Assembly (NCBI GenBank): GCA_032249235.1
Contig: JAVVGF010000001.1
Coordinates: 1 to 64,000 of the forward strand
Direction: 5' to 3'
Origin: Thermoproteota archaeon
GTDB taxonomy: Archaea > Thermoproteota > Thermoprotei > Gearchaeales > Gearchaeaceae
Length of the DNA: 64,000 nucleotides
Shown: piece after piece, positions 59,650-64,000 of the stretch
How positions within the stretch are numbered: the stretch's first letter is position 1
How the letters are laid out: every line of letters starts with the position of its first letter
Notes under the pieces: generated by a model
What the model saw: only the letters and a program-made list of their open reading frames with translations
Told to the model about the DNA's origin: nothing
Databases searched by the model: none
Made by a program: the position numbers and the translations under genes

Positions 59650-60893
59650 TTCTTCATCTTGTATATTCCATAAGTTACACCGAACATTAAAGCAGCTACT
59701 AATATGCTAAGTCCTGTAACTAATGTGAAATCTGTAGATGTTTCAAAGCTCCAACCAAAAGCTCCTTTTGTATCAAGATATAGTTTGAACAAGAATATTA
59801 TAACGGTATATAATACTGCTTCAGCAACAATAATGTTACCTATTAAGACGAACTTAAATCGTTTTGAAATATGGACTTCTTTTCTTCTATCTATGAAAGG
59901 TAAAAGAAGTATGTATATTCCTACAATAATTAATATTGCTAAAGTAGTAAATGAAGCAACATCTTGTACTCCTAGGCTTCTCATAAAAGAAACATAAGAA
60001 TCTGGAAATCTTAATCTTATTAGAGTATATACAAAATAGAAATACCATTCTGGTAAAGGTATATCAGCTAATGGCGCTCTAGGGTCATATACTTCTCCTA
60101 ATTTTGCTGGAATTAAAGAAGCGAAAAGTATGACGATGCCAGTATGTATTAGAGCCCACTTACTAACGAATACAGCTCCCTTTGGGAACCATGGATAATG
60201 TTTGATTTTCTTCGGATTTCTCTTATCTCTTAGAGGATCGAAAGCCCCATGGTTTTCGAACATGTATAGCTTTATTGCTAAAAGCAAAATAATGCTTCCA
60301 GGCAATATGAAAACGTGTAATATGAAGAATCTCTGAACGATATCCTGGTTTCCAATACCTTCCATTATGAAAGCTATGAAATTGCCTAAGAATGGAACTT
60401 GCAAAGCGAAGTTATATCCAACTTGTGTAGCATAAACTGATTGAGCTGTATAAGGCAAAAGATATCCAGTAAAAGCTTGAGCTAATACAATAAATCCTAA
60501 TATTAAACTAACAATCCACATGAGTTCTCTAGGTCTTTTATATGCTCCACTAATCAATTGCCTGAAGAAATGCAACGCTGCTGTTATAAGCATTCCATAT
60601 GCTGAATACAAATGCAAGGTCCTCAAAGTTAAACCGAAAGGAATATTTTCATCAACGAACTTAACGCTTGAATAAGCTTTAGGTAAGCCATCTGCGCCGA
60701 GTGCTGAAGTTGGCACAAAATAGAATACTAATAATACACCTGTTACAACAAGAATGACAAAGAACGTTAAAACCATTGCACCTAACCAATGAGAAATTTC
60801 TAATGAATATGCAGGTATTGGTCTAAGGAAAGTATTTGTTATTCCTATTCTCTTATCGAACCAATCAAGTATTTTTTTAATTTTCTCGCTCAT
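59640..60893 (-). CDS. petB: Cytochrome b of a Rieske/cytochrome b complex
   Basis: RTLH...ALHFFR, GAYKRPRELMW, TGYLLPY, RFFILH and PEWY motifs; start placed at the ATG at 60893. Confidence 0.92.
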   Translation of the reverse strand: MSEKIKKILDWFDKRIGITNTFLRPIPAYSLEISHWLGAMVLTFFVILVVTGVLLVFYFVPTSALGADGLPKAYSSVKFVDENIPFGLTLRTLHLYSAYGMLITAALHFFRQLISGAYKRPRELMWIVSLILGFIVLAQAFTGYLLPYTAQSVYATQVGYNFALQVPFLGNFIAFIMEGIGNQDIVQRFFILHVFILPGSIILLLAIKLYMFENHGAFDPLRDKRNPKKIKHYPWFPKGAVFVSKWALIHTGIVILFASLIPAKLGEVYDPRAPLADIPLPEWYFYFVYTLIRLRFPDSYVSFMRSLGVQDVASFTTLAILIIVGIYILLLPFIDRRKEVHISKRFKFVLIGNIIVAEAVLYTVIIFLFKLYLDTKGAFGWSFETSTDFTLVTGLSILVAALMFGVTYGIYKMKKWI

Positions 60894-60894
60894 A

Positions 60895-61548
60895 TTAACT
60901 TTGTTCTCCACACGTTCTTGCAGTATTATCATTAACTATTTCTCCACCTAAGAAACCCGGCCTTAAATTATTTGGAAGATCTGTTCCTTCTAATCCTGCA
61001 GGTCCTTTTCCAAGTATTACAGGTCCTTCCATTCCTACAGCATAAATATCTCCTGTAGCTTCGTCATACTCCAATATTACTCTAGGTAATCTTCTAGGCG
61101 CTGGACCTGCAAGTACCCTTGCATTATGAGTTACATCATATACTGAAAGATGGCATAGACAAACCATGACTTTTTGATATTTGTTATAAAACGGTTCAGT
61201 ATTTGGATAATATTGATTTATGATACATCCGAGATGTTGACATATAGCGCTAAATGCAACTATATCTTGATCAGGACCTATGCCATTCTCAACCTTTTCT
61301 CCGACTTTTATTAATAAATTGACTTCACTTGTTAAAGGATAGCAAAAACGTATGAAGCTACCATTTTTTAATTCTTTTATGTTCGCTATCTTAACTCTAG
61401 GATATTTTGGTCCAACCTGTGTAGCTGAAGGATTCAAGTAATTCGCTACTGAACCTACACCAAGAATGGTTGTGATTATTGAAGCTCCTATAATTCCCTT
61501 TATGAGCGTCCTTCTCTTTTCATCTATACTTTCTTTATTCTCTGCCAT
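60895..61548 (-). CDS. Rieske 2Fe-2S protein with Tat signal (SoxL/AioB-like)
   Basis: KRRTLIK Tat motif; GIGPDQDIVAFSAICQHLGC, CLCHLS and GPAPRRLP motifs. Confidence 0.92.
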   Translation of the reverse strand: MAENKESIDEKRRTLIKGIIGASIITTILGVGSVANYLNPSATQVGPKYPRVKIANIKELKNGSFIRFCYPLTSEVNLLIKVGEKVENGIGPDQDIVAFSAICQHLGCIINQYYPNTEPFYNKYQKVMVCLCHLSVYDVTHNARVLAGPAPRRLPRVILEYDEATGDIYAVGMEGPVILGKGPAGLEGTDLPNNLRPGFLGGEIVNDNTARTCGEQS

Positions 61549-61593
61549 TGTAGGTAAAACAACTTATTTTAAAATAAATCTTCATCTATATTA

Positions 61594-62058
61594 TTATATA
61601 TTTTTATATACCAAATCCGCAATTTTTTCTGCTATTTTAGAAACGAACCATTCATCGTTTTCATTAAATGCACCTAAAGTGTAGCTATCTATATCAATTT
61701 CTCCTATAATTTCACCATTTTTATAAATAGGTACTACCAGTTCAGATTTTGTTTCAGGGAAACATTGTAAATAAACAGGATTGTTGGTTACGTCATATAC
61801 GTTGACTATTCTTTTTTCTCTTACAGCCATTCCGCATAAGCCTTTATCTATAGGTATTATTTTATGTTCTGTTTCTTTATCTCCGCTATATACAAGCAAT
61901 TCTAACTTTTCATTTCTTAATACATATATTCCTATCCAATTGTATTTGCTGAATTCTTTTCGCAACCCATCAAGTATAACCTTTAGTTTTTCTAGATCTT
62001 CTCCTTTTATTTCATCGATATGCTGAAGGAAGTTCAAATATTTTCTCTTAATAGCCAT
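61594..62058 (-). CDS. GAF domain protein (free methionine-R-sulfoxide reductase-like)
   Basis: NWIGIY, GLCG, SELVVPI and GEIDIDS motifs. Confidence 0.85.
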   Translation of the reverse strand: MAIKRKYLNFLQHIDEIKGEDLEKLKVILDGLRKEFSKYNWIGIYVLRNEKLELLVYSGDKETEHKIIPIDKGLCGMAVREKRIVNVYDVTNNPVYLQCFPETKSELVVPIYKNGEIIGEIDIDSYTLGAFNENDEWFVSKIAEKIADLVYKNI

Positions 62059-62090
62059 AGTTTATTTATATGGATACTCGATAAAAGTTT

Positions 62091-62408
62091 ATGGAAGTCT
62101 ATAAGATACATTATTCAAATGTTTTCGATCTGATTCTGCATGTGATATCTTTGATGCCATTATCTCCATTCTACACTTTAAATAGATACAAGGATTTCGT
62201 TTACTTCTATGAAGCTATGTCTGATAGCATAACTTTACATTATGCAAAAGCAAATATTGAGCCAGCTATTTACGTTTTTGATACATCGAAATTGGAATTG
62301 AAGAAACAAAATGCTCTTCCTAAGTTCGTTGAACATGGTTGCTACATAGTAATTTTCAAAAAGATAGAAGAAGATAGTTTGCTTTCTGAAACTTTAGAAG
62401 AATCTTAA
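62091..62408 (+). CDS. Hypothetical protein
   Basis: 105-aa ORF filling the gap upstream of guaB; no recognised motif. Confidence 0.55.
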   Translation: MEVYKIHYSNVFDLILHVISLMPLSPFYTLNRYKDFVYFYEAMSDSITLHYAKANIEPAIYVFDTSKLELKKQNALPKFVEHGCYIVIFKKIEEDSLLSETLEES

Positions 62409-62432
62409 ATAACAGCTGTAGGTATTATTAGT

Positions 62433-63875
62433 ATGGGAAGACTAAAAGAATTAAATTTAGAAGAAGACTTTGTTTTCGGCTTTGATGATTTCATATTATT
62501 ACCTTCTTACATAAACATTGAGCCTTCTGAAATTTCTTTAAATACGAAATTCTCACTGAATAATGAATTAAAGGTTCCCTTTGTATCTTCACCAATGGAC
62601 ACAGTTACTGAAGCTGAGATGGCTATAACTCTTGCAAGGAATGGAGGAATTGGTGTTATTCATAGAAATTGTACTATTGAGGAACAAGTAGCCCAAGTTA
62701 AAAAAGTTAAGAGAGCAGAATCCTTTATAATTAAAGATGTAATAACTATAAATCCTGAAGCTACTGTTGGAGAAGCAGCGCGATTAATGGAAGAGCATGG
62801 TATTTCTGGCTTACCTGTAGTTGATGAAAACAACAAGCTAGTAGGGATAATAACTGGTAGAGATGTGAGATTTACTTCTTATAATATAAAAGTAAAAGAG
62901 GCTATGACTAAAGATGTAATCGTAGCTGATGAAAAAATAACGCCAGAGGAATCGATTGAATTGATGAGGAAATATAGAATAGAAAAGCTACCTGTGGTAG
63001 ATAAAGAAGGTAAGCTCATTGGTTTGATAACTTATAAAGATGTTAGCCATCGAGGATTATATAAGGATGCTGTAAGAGATGAACAAGGAAGATTAAAAGT
63101 TGCAGCTGCAATATCACCTTTTGATTTGGAAAGAGCTAAAGCTTTGGAAAAATATGTCGATGCTCTCGTAATTGATGTCGCTCATTTTCATAACGAGAAT
63201 GTAATAAGAGCTACTAAAAAAATAATGGAGAACGTTAGTTGCGATGTAGTAATTGGAAATTTGGGTTCAAAGGAAGGAGTTTTAGATTCATTATCTAAAT
63301 TAGATAAAGTTGCTGGTTTAAGGGTAGGTATTGGTGGTGGTTCTGTTTGCACTACTACGCAAATAACCCGTGCAGGATCTCCAACGTTATATGCAGTAGC
63401 AGTAGCAAGAGAATGTTTAGATGAATTAGGCATGGATATACCTATAATTGCAGATGGAGGTATAAGAAGTGCAGGCGATATTGCTATTGCTATTGCTTTT
63501 GGTGCATCATGTGCAATGATGGGTTATATGTTTGCTGCATGCAAAGAAAGTCCAGCACCTTTGATGATGATCGGCGGTAGATATTACAAATTACATAGAG
63601 GAATGGGGAGTCTAAGTGCTAGACAAAAAAGGCTTACTATTGATAGGTATGCAAAGTTGCCAAAGGAGATTCCAGAAGGAACGGAAGCATGGATACCTTA
63701 TAAAGGTGAGGCATCAGAAGTAATAAGAGAATTGACTGCTGCACTAAAAGCTGCAATGGGTTATGCAGGAGCCAGGAATATAAAAGAACTACAAACAAAA
63801 GCAAAAGTTAAACGTGTTTCGCCTCATGCCTTTGCTAGAGCTTCAGATTTACTTTTCCCTGGCGAAACTAGATAG
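62433..63875 (+). CDS. guaB: IMP dehydrogenase with CBS pair
   Basis: SSPMDTVTE, GIGGGSVCTT, IADGG, RGMGS and CBS domains. Confidence 0.95.
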   Translation: MGRLKELNLEEDFVFGFDDFILLPSYINIEPSEISLNTKFSLNNELKVPFVSSPMDTVTEAEMAITLARNGGIGVIHRNCTIEEQVAQVKKVKRAESFIIKDVITINPEATVGEAARLMEEHGISGLPVVDENNKLVGIITGRDVRFTSYNIKVKEAMTKDVIVADEKITPEESIELMRKYRIEKLPVVDKEGKLIGLITYKDVSHRGLYKDAVRDEQGRLKVAAAISPFDLERAKALEKYVDALVIDVAHFHNENVIRATKKIMENVSCDVVIGNLGSKEGVLDSLSKLDKVAGLRVGIGGGSVCTTTQITRAGSPTLYAVAVARECLDELGMDIPIIADGGIRSAGDIAIAIAFGASCAMMGYMFAACKESPAPLMMIGGRYYKLHRGMGSLSARQKRLTIDRYAKLPKEIPEGTEAWIPYKGEASEVIRELTAALKAAMGYAGARNIKELQTKAKVKRVSPHAFARASDLLFPGETR

Positions 63876-64000
63876 ATCAGTTTCTTCGTCTATTCTTTTA
63901 TTCAAAACTTCCAAAATTTTCCTTGCTTTTACTTCGCCTACTATTTTAATCAATTCTTTTTCGTTTGCATTAAAAATACTCTTTAGATTTTTGAAGTGTT
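63849..64000 (-). CDS. 3' end of a helix-hairpin-helix protein, probably XPF/ERCC4 nuclease (partial)
   Basis: Manual translation: HFKNLKSIFNANEKELIKIVGEVKARKILEVL...REK*. Confidence 0.6.
   Translation of the reverse strand, partial: HFKNLKSIFNANEKELIKIVGEVKARKILEVLNKRIDEETDLSSFAREK

Noticed and set aside
60895-61548. Arsenite oxidase (aioBA)
   Set aside because: The Rieske gene is followed by cytochrome b, not a molybdopterin subunit.
1974-63433. Numerous 60-150 aa antisense or nested ORFs in the ORF track (e.g. 10919..11335, 33736..34197, 47557..47949)
   Set aside because: They are shadow ORFs inside well-supported genes and carry no motifs.
1-64000. CRISPR arrays, IS elements, rRNA, tRNA introns, inteins
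   Set aside because: None seen by eye: no regularly spaced repeats, no transposase or integrase ORFs, no long GC-rich tracts, and no oversized conserved proteins.

Overview
Very AT-rich, extremely compact archaeal chromosome segment. Gene content and protein signatures point to a TACK/Thermoproteota-like, probably aerobic organism (taxonomy is inference). It is mostly core genome: three intron-less tRNAs (Thr-GGT, Asn-GTT, Gln-TTG), the exosome/proteasome superoperon, an aIF2beta-NMD3-aIF1A-Rio1-Dim2-topoisomerase VI cluster, HMG-CoA synthase/thiolase/DUF35, glycine cleavage genes, split MetE with a MetF-like gene, H+-PPase, QueC/QueE, guaB and a Rieske/cytochrome b operon. No CRISPR array, rRNA or transposase was seen. 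The most interesting signals are: (1) a thiamine-linked locus in which an active-site-altered ThiE, a PurM/ThiL-superfamily ATPase and a SAM methyltransferase form an operon that shares a 17-bp palindromic operator with a YkoEDC-like ECF transporter and a ThiR-type regulator, a candidate undescribed thiamine salvage or modification pathway; (2) a full-length ribophorin I (OST1/RPN1)-like protein; (3) a Rieske/cytochrome b operon with a His-to-Lys change at a heme ligand, no cytochrome c1, two tiny membrane proteins and a DsrE-like gene; (4) a secreted-protein gene split by a single in-frame TAG; (5) local inversions within conserved gene clusters.
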